Source: Moniliella sp. 'wahieum'
Taxonomy: Eukaryota
Assembly (NCBI GenBank): GCA_003971905.1
Contig: RSEE01000046.1
Coordinates: 496,001-523,489, forward strand
DNA length: 27,489 bases
Reading direction: 5' to 3'
A program made the translations under genes and the position numbers. Shown one piece after another: positions 1-12,271 of this stretch (its first letter is position 1; the number at the start of each line of letters is the position of its first letter). A model generated the notes under the pieces. The model had not been told where the DNA came from and ran no database searches. It was given only the letters and a program-made list of their open reading frames with translations.

Positions 1-54
1 ACTTCTCTCGAAAAGAACGGCATTGCGGTCACGCGGGGTAAGCGTCTACTAGTG

Positions 55-1960
55 AGCCCCATCGTTTGCTGGTCCCGAAGTCGGATGGAACAATTTTCCT
101 GTCGGTTCAGCGCTGCCATGCCGGCTTTGGGTGTAGTGGTGAACGTTGACCCCATCAAGTATGCCAGACTGGCAATCCAGGCGTTCCAGTTGACCCTTAG
201 AAGCTCGCACTGAGAGCCACGGCTATTTGCTTAGCTCTGTCAATGCTGTTTTCAATGCTGTTTTTTTTGTCTTTTCGTTTTCCATCCCTCAGTTGCCACC
301 AACACGTTCTTTGCTCTCCATATTACAAGCAGAAGAGACTAGGAATTTTTGGACGCCTTCAGTCCAAGCCACGCCCTCGTCTTATAAGCACAGAAACGAT
401 AGCAAAAATCGTTTGGGATGCCATAGCGAGAACCATGCGCATTCGGTTCCGTCGTTAACAAGTTTTGATTATATCTCTTACCGACCTCGACCCGGTTTGG
501 TATCCTCGTCCTCGTCCAATCCCCTTTCGCTACCAGTTCATCTCTCCAGAATGCACCTATATGCCGTTGGTCTGAAGGGATGCACGAACTATAGACGCTC
601 CCTCCCTGTTATCAGGTTTCGGATTTGGATTCTGCTATCTACTTTCAGAGGTGGGTTCAAGGCAAAGGAAAGCAACGTTTTCGGCTGAGTGGACATTGTG
701 CTGGTGGGAGTGGCATTCGAGAAGCTTGGTCCGCCACCCACATGTGCCGCAAACGCAAGTCTAGTTCTAGCTTCAATTTCCCATTGACGAGGCGCTCTCA
801 CTTTTCTTTCTTTCCCCGCGAGAGTTCCTCGCCTCTTTGGCCCTAGCCATGGGATTCATATATTGCACTTTGGCTGCCCGCTGGGACTGGAGGTCGGGAG
901 ACACTCGACGGGCAAATCCAAGTGCTCTCTGCCTCCCAATTGGGTGCCGGGCCCACTCCCATTTCGAACTACCCTCGATCAGGCGGTAACATATGGTAGT
1001 TAGCGGCCCAAATGGCCTTTGCTCGTATTCTGACCCAGTTGGCCCTCATGCATCTTTTCCCCGGGTTCCGAACATACTGAATGAGAAGACGCCATGGGTA
1101 CTCCATGTCACCTCCGTTCCCATCGCCTGGTTGCCACTGGGCGCCTAGTTGCCACTGACCACGCTCGCCCACTGCGGATTCGGGTCGCCCTATCGCCTCT
1201 TTGAGCCGGAGCAAGGTGTCCCTCTGTTCCCACACGACAAGCACGGCCCACCCATGAAAGACGCAAGCTTGGTTCGTATCGACGCTCCGCCTCGTGGCAC
1301 AAACGATGGCGTGTAGGCTACAGTGAGTTGCAACTGCAACCAGCGCTGTCCTAGCCAGTGCGCACGGATGGGCGAGGCGCGATTGGCCCTTTTGGCGTTG
1401 TGCCACCTCACTTGGACCTGCGCGACCTGACCGGGCCTGCCACTGACACTGACCGGAGCGGGTGCGAGGTGGTGATTGCAACGGAGGGTGTGGTGGTAGC
1501 CTATATCGCAACCCCATCGTCGCCACCGCGGGGTTTGCTGCGGGTCAAACTCTGTCAGACTGTCCAGCGCAGTGGCGTTGCTCTGCAGAGGACACCAGGA
1601 TGGTCGGTTGTTGCGTGGAGGGTGGATGATCTGATGGCTGACGCGGGGGAAGACGGGAATGGGAGGGCGGGTGTGAGCATGCTAGGGTTGGCATGCAGCG
1701 ACAGGCGTTGGGACGGAGCGCCCAGCTGCGCCTCAGCGCTGGGGCCATCGGCCCACTAGGAGGGTTGCAATGTGATGCGCGCAGAGGGCCCGCACACGCA
1801 GCCCTGGTCGAGCCAGAGTCGATAGGTGCCACCCGTTGGGGAGTGGCAAAACAGGGCTTGACATGTGGGGTTCCCAAGCGTTCCCACCAGATACTCAGAT
1901 CCATGCCCAGCACCAACGTCCCCCCACGCTGATCCAATCGATCCAATCGTTAATCGGGAG
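55..1960 (+). mobile_element. Possible highly decayed Ty3/gypsy pol relic (RT-RNaseH-integrase order)
   Basis: Short frameshift-broken peptides occur in gypsy order: SPIV/VPKSDGT (~55-91), FAT...MP-GLKG (~527-579), PWVLHV and GRPIASLSR (~1090-1210), VKLCQT.QR (~1545-1570), GVPK (~1868). No intact YxDD and no LTR seen. Could be over-reading. Confidence 0.25.
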
Positions 1961-2447
1961 ACGAGCGGATCCAGATTCAACCGTGTCGGCCTATGTTCGC
2001 AGCCCATCGACCATCCTGCCTCCTGCCTCCCTCCATCTCCCGGCGTGATGGTCACGCGTTGCAACTGCACGTGGCCCCACGGGGTACTGCTTGCTCCCGC
2101 ACCCCCACGGTGCGTCAAAGTGGGCCGGCGGGGAGGGCGGGGACGCGCCTGGCCAGGCCTAGCCGAGCACCGGTTCCTTCTGTCGAACGCTGGCTCAACG
2201 TTCAACCTGAGCGATAATCAATCAGTCCTGCCCACTCAGTACGTACTCAGTGCCAGTGGCACATGCAACCCTAGCCTTGGCGTCCAGCGCACGGCCCCCC
2301 CGTGGCTCGGCTGGGGTGCTCGGCGGTGATCTGGGGCGATAGTGGATGGACCACCCATCGATCCATCCTGCCCGCCCAAACAGACGCACACACGCCACCC
2401 ATCCTCTCTCTGCCCGCGCCCGCCTGGCTCTGCTCTGCGTGTCCACC

Positions 2448-4702
2448 ATGTCTGCTGTGCTGCTGCTGCCTCGCTGCCGCCGCCGCGCCCGCCGCCCCGG
2501 ACTACGCGGCGGCCACCGACGGCACGCGCCTCATCGCACAAGACCCGTGGCTGGAGCCCTACGCGCCCGTCTTGCGCAAGCGCCATGCCCGCTACGCCGA
2601 CAAGCAGCGCATTGCCGCCGCCGCGAGGGCAGCCTGGCCGACTTCTCCTGGGCTATCAGCGCTATGGCCTCCACCCCGACCCCGCCACCGGCGCCATCGT
2701 CTACCGCGAGTGGGCGCCCGGGCAGAGACCGCCTCGCTCATCGGCGACTTCAACAGCTGGGACCCCCACGCCAACCCCATGACCCGCGACCAGTTTGGCG
2801 TCTGGTCCGTCACCGTCCCCCCCGTGGATGGCAAGCCGGCCACCCCCACCAGTCCAAGATCAAGATCAGCATGACCACCGCTGGCGAGCGCATCGACCGC
2901 CTGCCCGCCTGGATCAACGCGTGACCCAAGACCTTAGTGTGTCGCCGGCGTACGATGCGGTGTTTTGGAACCCCCGCCCGAGGAGCGGTACGTGCTCCAG
3001 CATCCGCGGCCCAAGGCTCCCGTCGACATCAAGATCTATGAATCGCACGTGGGCATCGCCACCCCCCACGAGGCGCGTAGGCACGTACAAGGAGTTTACC
3101 CGCGACGTTCTGCCTATGATCAAGGACCTGGGGTACAACACGATTCAGCTCATGGCTGTGCAGGAACACGCGTACTACGCAAGCTTTGGTTACCAAGTCA
3201 CCTCCTTCTTTGCCCCCAGCAGCCGCTATGGCACCCCGAGGACCTCAAGCAACTCGTCGACACGGCTCACCAGTTGGGCCTCACAGTGCTCCTCGACATT
3301 GTGCATAGTCACTCGTCCAAAAATGTTCTCGACGGGCTCAACATGTTTGACGGAACGGACCACCTCTACTTCCATGAGGGCGCCAAGGGCCGCCATGACC
3401 TTTGGGACTCTCGTACATTTAACTATGGCAACTGGGAGGTGCTCCGCTTCCTTTTGTCCAATTGCCGATACTGGGTGGACGAATACGGCTTTGATGGTTT
3501 CCGCTTCGATGGTGTGACAAGCATGTTGTACACGTACGTTTCTTCTCTCCCCTCCCGCTCCTTTCTTCATACGAACTTGATTGCTGACTCTGAGCCCCCG
3601 GCCTCTCTTTTCACATGCAGACATCACGGGATTGGAACGGGCTTCAGCGGTGGATACCACGAGTACTTTGGCCCAGACGTGACGAGGAAAGCGTGTGTTA
3701 CCTGCAGTTGGCCAAACGATATGCTCCACTGTCTTCACCAAGGCTCCATGACGACCATTGCGGAGGACGTGTCGGGCATGCCGGGCTTGTGCCGCCCTGT
3801 CGCAGAGGGTGGGGGGATTCGACTACCGACTCAGCATGGCTGTGCCTGACATGTGGATCAAACTGATTAAGGAGCAATCCGACGAAGACTGGGATTTGGG
3901 CAACATTGTGTGGACGTTGACCAATCGCCGTCATGGGGAAAAGTCGATTGCGTATGCTGAGAGCCATGATCAAGCGTTGGTTGGAGATAAGGTACGTTCT
4001 CTCTTGCTTCTTCGCTTCTCCCTTGCCTTGAACTGCCTTGCAAGACTTGCTCACACACCCTCCTTTTCCCTTAGACACTTGCCTTTTGGCTCATGGACGC
4101 TGAAATGTACACCAACATGTCGGACTTGACCGAGCGGACACGGTTATTGACCGTGGCCTATCGTTGCACAAGATGATCCGCCTCCTCACTTCGGCCTTGG
4201 GCGGCGAAGGCTACCTCAACTTTATTGGAAATGAGTTTGGTCATCCCGAATGGCTCGACTTTCCTCGCGAAGGCAACGGGAACAGCTTCCTTCATGCGCG
4301 CCGGCAGTTCAACTTGGTCAAAGACGGATTGCTGCGGTACAAGTATTTATGGCTGTGGACAAGAGCATGAACGACCTCGAGACGACCTACAAATGGCTCG
4401 CTGCACCGCAGGCGTATGTGTCGCTAAAGCATGAAGCAGACCGGGTGCTGGTGTTGAGCGGGCCAACTTGCTGTTTGTGTTTAACTTTGATGCGACGCGG
4501 TCCTACACGACTATCGGGTGGGCACGGCCTGGCCGGGCAAGTACAAGGTGGTGCTCGACTCGGATGCCAAGAGGTAGGCGGGCATGGCCGCGTGGATCAC
4601 TCGACCGAATACTTCTCCACCAACTTGCCCTGGAACGGACGCGACCATTTCCTCCAACTCTACATCCCTACCCGTACCGTCCTTGTTTTGGCCCACGACT
4701 GA
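2448..4702 (+). CDS. GLC3: 1,4-alpha-glucan (glycogen) branching enzyme, GH13_8
   Basis: Peptides across frames: [94 protein letters not shown], ending LAHD-TGA. Introns 3534-3620 and 3992-4074 (GTACGT...AG) restore YTHHG and [11 protein letters not shown]. Many 1-nt frameshifts. Confidence 0.97.
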
Positions 4703-5160
4703 AGAAAAGAGCAAACCCGGTGTTCAACCTGCCTTGGCACCAACAAACTTAGCCCTGTTCCTATTGTCTCGTGCACCTGCCTGTCCTGATCCATCTTGTC
4801 TATCCAAAGTACATTGCTCCTATGCACACGGCACCTCACTTTTCTAGCCACACTTAAGAACAAATTCGATGAGAAAGTGCACATGTGCATGATGCCAACC
4901 AGGAATGCAGTTGTTCGTAGCACACGCGGCTGGAGGGAGGACCGAAACAACCCAAGAAAGTCATCCTGGGGGAGAGTCAATGATCGCCTGCATGGCCAAC
5001 ACCACCTCCCCCTCATTGCCGTTCAGGCTGTCCTGCTGGCTGACAATTTGAAAAGACGCGGTGCAGTGCGTCGTGCCTGCTTGGTTCCAAGCGGATAAGG
5101 ACCCCATTGTCAAGGATGGATTGCTCTCCTGATCTCCATACGGCAGCCCCTCCCCGCGCA

Positions 5161-6021
5161 TCAGCTCAATGGGACGAGCGGTTGTGGGATCATAAGCTTG
5201 GGCAGACGCGTCGATTGGGCGCGGAAAGTCTGGTCCCAAGCCTGGATCATCGCCGGCCCAGGTCCCGCTGAGACTTCGTCCAAATTCGCCTGCCATCCTT
5301 GCGCCAGTTCGGACATGAACTGATCCACCGTCAGCGCCGTGTGCTTGTTGTCGCCGGGGTCGCGACGGTCGCGATGCAGATGGGGTGTGTACGCCGGCGG
5401 GATAATCTCGACGACCTTGATGTTGGTGTCCTTGGAGCAGAAGCGCCATGGTGTGTAGAAGTGCAAATACGCCTTGGTGCCATTATATGATCAGTGCGCA
5501 CCATCGTGCCGGCTTGGTCGTCTACCCGCCGCCGCACCATTGCACCAGAGGGACGTACCCGGGATTGATAATGCTAAAGGGAACAATGCCAAGGATGGAA
5601 GAAGAAACGTTCATAATCGTCGCGCCCGGCAGGCTTTTAAAGTGGGGTAGAAACGATCGATCAAATGGGCTGGGGCGCGGATGTTGATGTCAATCTCCTG
5701 GTCCAAGGTGGCGAGGTTCATGTGCTCGACATAGAGTTCGCGCTGGACACCGGCATTGTTGATGAGGCAGTCCGTGTCAGCGTGGTCCGCGAGGATGCGC
5801 GCAGCAAGCTCCGCCAGGCCTGCCGTCTGCGCCACATCGTACACATAGTACGCCGCCCCGAGCTCCTGCGCCGCCTGGGCCAGAGTAGCCTCCGTGCGAC
5901 CGACCAGCACCACGCTCTTGCCCTGCTGCACGAGCCAGGCGGCCATGGCCTTGCCCAGGCCACCCGCCGCGCCGGTGATGACGGCCTTGTGGAAGTCGAG
6001 CGTGGCGAAGGAGGGCGACAT
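5161..6021 (-). CDS. Short-chain dehydrogenase/reductase (DltE-like)
   Basis: ATG at 6021, MSPSFATLDFHKAVITGAAGGLG (TGxxxGxG), LINNAG, catalytic YNGTK (~5473-5487), TNIKVVEIIPP. Probable intron with donor GTACGT at 5558 and damaged acceptor near 5490. 3' end uncertain because of frameshifts. Confidence 0.85.
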
Positions 6022-6204
6022 GGTGGAGCAGCGCTGCGGCACCAAGGCGCGGCGAGCGGCTGTTCCATGCAGGCCTCTTGTTTGCTGCTGACCGCCCACG
6101 CCTCCCGCCGGGCGCACGGCCAATGACGCCGCCTATGTCCGTTGCGGCCGAGCGGAGCACATGTTATTAGTGACGCAGATGCAGGTGCTCCGTGCCTGCC
6201 ATTC

Positions 6205-6260
6205 GTCACGTGCGCCGTCACCCCATCATGCACCACAGGTCACACGTGGGTCACATGACC
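6205..6260. promoter_or_regulatory. Cluster of E-box-like motifs upstream of SDR1
   Basis: GTCACGTG (6205), CACGTG (6243) and GGTCACATGACC (6249) lie about 185-240 bp upstream of the SDR ATG. Confidence 0.4.
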
Positions 6261-6932
6261 ATGATCGTTGCAATTTGAAATTGCCTGTCTGATTCAGTGC
6301 ATACCCCAGCCACCCAGGGGATGCAACGCGCCGGTTCCCCGACCCCATGACCACCGTCCCTTGCCCCCGTCGTTGAAACGACGAGGTGGAGACGGCCAGG
6401 CGGCCAGCTATCGCTCTACTCTGTCACGTACTGGCCCAGTACCGAAAACAAAAGGCCAAGAACGGGAACGAGGACCAACCAAGAAACGAGGATCGTTGAA
6501 GAACCGCAAGAGAGAAAAATAGGGCGGTGGGAAGTGGAGCTTGCAAGTCGAGACCAGGAGCGTGGAACATTCTTGCGTGAGGTCCGGCAAAAAGCCGGAC
6601 GGAGTAAGGGATGTGAGAGATGATGGGAGAACGGGATGGAATGTAATGCGGTGACCGGTGACCGAGGACATGGGGGTGGGAGGGGAAGCGGTCGGACACT
6701 TGAAGAAAATGTACAAGTCCAGGCTTTTCATTGGCTCAAGCCACCAAGGATTAGAGACAGCGGGTAAGGAACCCAGGCTAGGTTATGGGCTTACGATTTG
6801 CGGGGGGCGTTACGTTGGTAAATCCCGTCCACACGCCGACCAGAGGAAGGAATACAATCAATGCAAGTGTCACGATCGAGTCCCTGTGCCACCACTTGAC
6901 AACCTCAAGGCGGTGCGCCAAGAACGTCTAAT

Positions 6933-7680
6933 TCAGGGTTGAGGGGGAGGGAAGCTAATAGGCACAATCCGTTGGGGGTCAGTACATGCCCTTTACCGGC
7001 TGCTTCTCACACAAGAGTCCTGTCCAACGTACCCGGGTTGCGCAGCATACCCGGCCTGCGAGGACGGGTAGGCTCCTTGAGCACCAAATCCAGGCTGGGC
7101 AGGCGATCCAAATGCACCCTGCGGCGCAAACGATGTCTGCGGCGCGCCGTACCCGGCTGCCAGCGGGCACCAACCCCTTGAGGCGGGGCAAACGTTCCAG
7201 TAGTGGGGTAGCCGGGCATACCCACAGCGGCCGCTGCCGCCGCAGGGTCAGAGAAAGCCGCTTGGCCCGTTGGTACGGCGCAGACAGGCCCGGGGCAAAG
7301 CCCTGACCAGGCGGAAGGCCAAACGACGCTGGCGCGGCCGCGAAACCCGAAGCGCCGTACCCAGCACCAGCACCAAAGCTAGGGAAGCCCCCAGTGGCAT
7401 ACCCCACGTTGTACCCGCCTTGCGACCGCATCGGCCGGGAGTTGGCCATGTTGACACGGATCGTACGACCATCGAGCACTTGCTCGTTCATGTTCTGGAT
7501 CGCAGCGTCGGCTTCTTCTTGGGTAGCGTACGTCACGAACCCAAACCCGCGCGAACGGCCGGTCTCGCGGTCACGCATCACCACATAGTCCGTCAAAGCG
7601 CCCCACGTGGCAAATGCGTGCGCCAGACCGTCATCCGTCGTGTTCCAGCTGAGGTTGCCCACGTAAACTTTGGCGACCAT
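6933..7680 (-). CDS. Glycine-rich RNA-binding protein (single N-terminal RRM, G/P/Y/Q-rich tail)
   Basis: MVAKVYVGNL (RNP2) and RGFGFVTY (RNP1). The ATG directly follows a CTAAC...CAG acceptor (5'-UTR intron). Intron 7032-6955 (GTACGT..TACTGAC..TAG) gives final QPGFPPPQP-TGA. Confidence 0.9.
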
Positions 7681-8366
7681 CTGGAGGGGCTCGGGGTTAG
7701 CAGAAGGACAGGACGAGGTCGCGGGTGGGGAGGGGAACGCACAGTGAAAAGGGGGTAAGTGGGAGGAGTAGGGAGAGGCTGGGAACCGTGAAGATGGTGC
7801 AAAAATGAACGAGGCAGACACGCCGGGGCCAATAGGAAGGTGGAGGAAGGGAGGGGAAGAGAAGCACAGGCGCGGAAAGGGACGCGAAGCCAGGAACGAA
7901 CGGAGCTGGTTCGAGCCAAAACGGAAACGGCAGATGGAGGCAAGGTGCTGCAACCTGCATGACCCAACCGAAAACGCCGCAGGCCAACCCTAGCAGGACC
8001 TCGCAGCCTTGTTAGTACTGACTGGGCGCCCCCTGGACAACACCCCAGCGGCGAATACACACTGGCGCCCTGCCGTCCCGCGCGAGGCCACCGGAATGCA
8101 ATGATCAATGATGCATGATGCATGCATGATGGCCCAGAGGTTCCTGGGAGCCTCTCACACACCGGTGCAACACGTGTAGCCTGAAATCTGCCACACAAAG
8201 TTGACGTAACTGTACGCGACAGGGGCGGATCACATGACCACACGCTCCGCAGCGATCGCGCTTCTAGTAGAGCCTCTCGACCGCACTTGGGCTTCACTCC
8301 ATCTGGTGGTTCTGCAACCACCTCCTGCACGCGGCGAGCAACATCCTCTCCCGCAGCGTTTCCGCT

Positions 8367-9298
8367 ATGTTTCCTTCTCGACGCCGTGGTGCCAATCCGC
8401 GGGGCCTGAGCTCTCGCGGCGCCGGCGCCCCGGATGCGCCCCCGCCCAAGTGCCAGCGCTGCCTCCAGCTCGGCCATGCCACTTACCAGTGCACCCGACC
8501 CCGCGTCTACGTCAGTCGCCCTACCCGCTCTCAGGCATTGGTCGATAGCCGCGCCTCCAAAAAATTGAAGGTCAAGGGCGGAGACCAGCACACTATGCCG
8601 GCCGACGACATTCACCTCCCCAAGAACGCGTACGTGTCAGCCTTCCTGCTAGCTTACTCTCCAGGCTTCTCAGACTCAACTGCATTTTTTGCTTGGGCGA
8701 AGTCTATTGTTGGAATCCCGACTCACATCTTTCCTCCTGCACTGCTTTTTTCCAGATCGGGCACGGCCAGCGCTGTTCTTGCTGCCCGCAAGGACGACCG
8801 CGCCAGTTCCCGCTCCAAGCGGCGCCGTCCCAGCTCGAGTTCGGATCGCAGTAGGAGTTCAAGCCGCAGTTCAAGCCGCAGTTCAAGCCGCAGCTCAAGC
8901 CGGAGCTCGAGCCGGAGCTCACGCTCCGATTCCCGCAGTTCCCGGTCAAGGAGCATCAGCAGCTCATACTATAGTGCTTCCTCTCGCTCTCGTTCCTTCT
9001 CGTCATCCTACGACTCGCGCTCGCATCACCCTCCGACTCTCGCTCTCCCGCTCTCCACGCCGTACTCTCAGCCCATCTCCCTCCCGCTCCCGCTCCCGCT
9101 CCCGCTCCAAATCCCCCTCTAACTCCCGCTCCAGCTCCGCTCCCGCTCTCCTTCGTCCAACGTTCTCCTGATCACAAACGCGCACGCCGCGATCGCGATC
9201 GCACCTCACCCAGCCCTGCCCCACCTCCTCGGGCGCCCCTAACGTGCAGAACCACCAGCAACGAGGACAAACAGGATCCGAAGGACAAGCAAAACTAG
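8367..9298 (+). CDS. ZCCHC10-like zinc-knuckle protein with Ser/Arg-rich tail
   Basis: KCQRCLQLGHATYQC (CX2CX4HX4C) followed by YVSRPTRSQAL. Intron 8630-8755. 12-bp SRSS coding repeats at ~8856-8918. After frameshifts the RS tail plausibly ends DKQN-TAG at 9298. Confidence 0.8.
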
Positions 9299-9731
9299 CC
9301 TCCACCCCGATCTGTCCTCCTTCACCGTCGTCTGGCCCGTTTCCTCTACATCACCCTCGCCTTCGTCGCGGCCGCGAGCACCTTCGCTGTCTCCTCCCGC
9401 TTGACTAGAGCGCTACGTACGTGTCCTGCGCTCCAGGCGCGCAACGTACCTCCCCACCTGCCATCCGAGGACCCTAAGCCCTCACTGAAATGGAGGGGCG
9501 TATGCAGGTCTGGTGTAATCTTACTTGCAGCAGCAATACGGCTCCATTGTGCAAGGAACAGATCCAATCACAGGAGAGGGGGGGTAGCCCTCTACTGGAT
9601 GTAGAGGGATAGAGAGGGAAGGCAGCGTAGCGAGAGGGCAAGTGAAAATGCGGAGGGACGAGAATTCGGCATCTGCTTGGCGCGGAATGCTCCGTTTGAT
9701 AAATACGTGTATTCCCGCATGTCAAAGACAA

Positions 9732-9824
9732 GGCGAGATAGCGAGTGGTTAACGCGCTGTGTTTAGGTTCCTTGGCCTACAACCGCAGTCCTCCGGGGCG
9801 TGGGTTCGAACCCCACTCTCGTCA
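9732..9824 (+). tRNA. tRNA-Leu(UAG) with 15-nt intron
   Basis: Acceptor GGCGAGA/TCTCGTC-A, D arm with AGTGGTTAA, anticodon stem CTGTG/CGCAG, anticodon TAG 9764-9766, intron 9768-9782 after position 37, long variable arm, T arm GTGGG-TTCGAAC-CCCAC. Confidence 0.93.
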
Positions 9825-9825
9825 A

Positions 9826-9832
9826 TTTTTTT
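9826..9832 (+). terminator. Pol III oligo-T terminator
   Basis: T7 run immediately after the tRNA 3' end. Confidence 0.85.
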
Positions 9833-12271
9833 CACCTGTTTGAATTGGATGATAGCGACTAAGGGCACATGTGACAGCCTCATGTGAGCCAGTAAGCAAG
9901 GACCAACATGAACCCAGCGACGCAGATTACGAGTGCTGGCTGGCACATGATGGGGGACTGGTTACAGACATAAACATCTCACAGGGTGTAGTAGCGGTAG
10001 CGTAGCCAGTGGTACAGATAGATGGTGAGGCCCGGAGCTCTGATGCATGATGGTCCTCGGCGGCGATGCAATCGCACTAGTGGGTGGTGGTGGTCTTAGG
10101 CCAGCCAACGCACGCTACAGAGGAACATCAAGCAGGTCGTCGCCACCAAGGACTGCTAGGTTGCGAAGCAAGGAAAACAGAAGCGAGAAAACAACGGAAC
10201 TTCTATAGGCCTGATGGGCCTGATGGGCCTGAGGTCTGATGAGGGGTTGAAGGGACCTTGACTCAAACACGCGCCCTGCCCGTGGTTGCTCAACAAAACA
10301 GGCGCGAGCAGAGTGACAAGGGGATGGGGGGGGGGCACTGGGAAGCTTGGGCGGGGGACTCTAGCGCTCAACGCTACGCTGAGATCCCCTGCTTACCCCT
10401 GGGGGAGGCGAGCAGGCAGGGGAACAAGTGTTGTGGGGATGCAATCAGGCGAAGGCAACCCGGAGGCGCCAGAGGAGGGCGGGGTCAGGGGGGGGGAGCG
10501 GGGCAGCCTCAAGGGCTGATCTTGGCCGACGGAGATGGACGTCCACGCAGGATTGATGTTGTCGATGATCATCGATCACAGAAGGCTGCACCGTCGACTT
10601 ACACCCAACCTCAGAAGGCCCAAGAAGTTCTATCAGGATATCACAGTGCACCCAGTTCTTCGGCTTAAAACGTGTTGACCAATGTGGAGCTGGGCCGGCT
10701 GTACTCCGATGCAGTCGGACTTCGGGCGTGACATGTGACATGTTGGCGTGGTAAGCGCTCCCATGTAAGACTGGCATGCTGCCGGAGGTGCTGCCTTGGG
10801 AGATAGATATGCTGACCGAGTGGCGTGCTGTCATCTGCTGTCACCTTCATCACATGTCCATGTCACATGTCATATGTTTTGATCTGCTGGTGAGCTGCTG
10901 GATCGCTGGAATCGGACGTCTGCGTCGCTGCCTGCCGCTATGCTCCCGGCGATCGCTTCCCGTTTGCCCGGGCGTCGGTCCACGTTCCTGTTCGAGGCAC
11001 ACTAGCGCACACCGCCGCTGAACGATCTGAACGCCTGAACCTCAACGTCTCAACGTACAGCGTAAACCAGAAACGATCTAGTGATGGTTGATTTTCATGT
11101 CAGGCATCTGCTCACTGTCGTGGCGACGATCGCGATGAGCGCTGTCGATGAGTCGATGAGGCTGGCTTGAATTGGATGCCTGGAAAGGCAACACGGAAGC
11201 GAGCCAGGGTTTTCGCTTGACGGCGACCGGTGACAGTGACCGATGAGTACTCGACGGAGTACGTACTTACGTTTGTGCCGACAAAGGGACCCAGAGTTAG
11301 CGCATGACGCGTGAGTACGTGAGTACCTGTGAGTATGCCAGCGTGTAATGGTCACCCTAAAAAGATTCTGGGCTTTTGATGGCTCTTCAGCCTGGTGCTC
11401 CAGCAGTTCAGCCCGCTCCGCCAGCGCCGTTTGCTGAGTGCTGAGTTACTTTTTAGGCGGGTACGTTACCCCCGCCACTGGCACAGGACCCGAAAACCAT
11501 CGGCTTCCGGCAGCCAGGGCAGGTAGTAGATAGTAAGACCGGTAATATAACGGCACCCGGCAACATGCAACAGGTGGCCGTGGCCATGGCAGGCCAGGGC
11601 GGCCCACTGGGCTCACCGGCACTGGTCACTGGTCACTTGTAGTCACATGCACACTGGTCCAGTTCCCCACTACGTATCCGCCCAGAATGGATCCCACGGC
11701 AGGCCGTTTCGAATCACCTCAGCCGTCCGTCGCTGTCTCCCTCTCTGTCGGATCATCGGTCAGATCGGCAGAAACCTCCATCGCTCCACACTTCCTCCCC
11801 GCCCTCCCCACCCACGGAAGCTGCAAAATCCACCTGCCTCTCCGGCAAGTCACACACCGCAGGCCTTAGGGCGGTGAGCTCAGTCGCTCAGCTGCTCATT
11901 CGCCTTGTGCCCCTCAGCCTCAGACAGCACTGCGCCACTTGAGCGCTTGAGCTTAGCACAGTCTTCACGTATTTGCCTGGCAACTCGTCAAGCGTTCCTG
12001 CGCTGTACCATGGCACCTGCAAATCCCGATAACACGCGGCCTGAGCTTTTCGTCTTTCTTTTATCCCCTGCCCCTCCACCCCCCCCCCAAGTTCCTTTCC
12101 CCCCCTCTCCTCTTTGCCCTCTTCTAGCGCCGCTTCTATTCTTCTTCCATTCCGGTTCCTTCTTCGCCCTACCGGCCACGCCGCTTCCCCACCTGTTGTC
12201 TTTTCACAGGCACACACACACCGATTATGCCTGCTGCCGCTGCCGCCACATAGCCCCACCCCATCCCCAAC

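Noticed and set aside
1..700. Minus-strand gene with SDFGTSK (kinase DFG-like)
   Set aside because: No HRD or other kinase motifs in a compatible frame; frames contain multiple stops.
4561..4590. Apparent internal TAG in GLC3 suggesting readthrough
   Set aside because: It lies among local indels where DAKEYGGHGR-like sequence is expected, so sequencing error is the simpler explanation.
10208..10240. GGCCTGATG x3 repeat
   Set aside because: Ordinary short slippage repeat with no associated structure.
10560..10670. Minus-strand WVHCDI...VID resembling a kinase catalytic loop
   Set aside because: Single short motif with no other kinase subdomains nearby.
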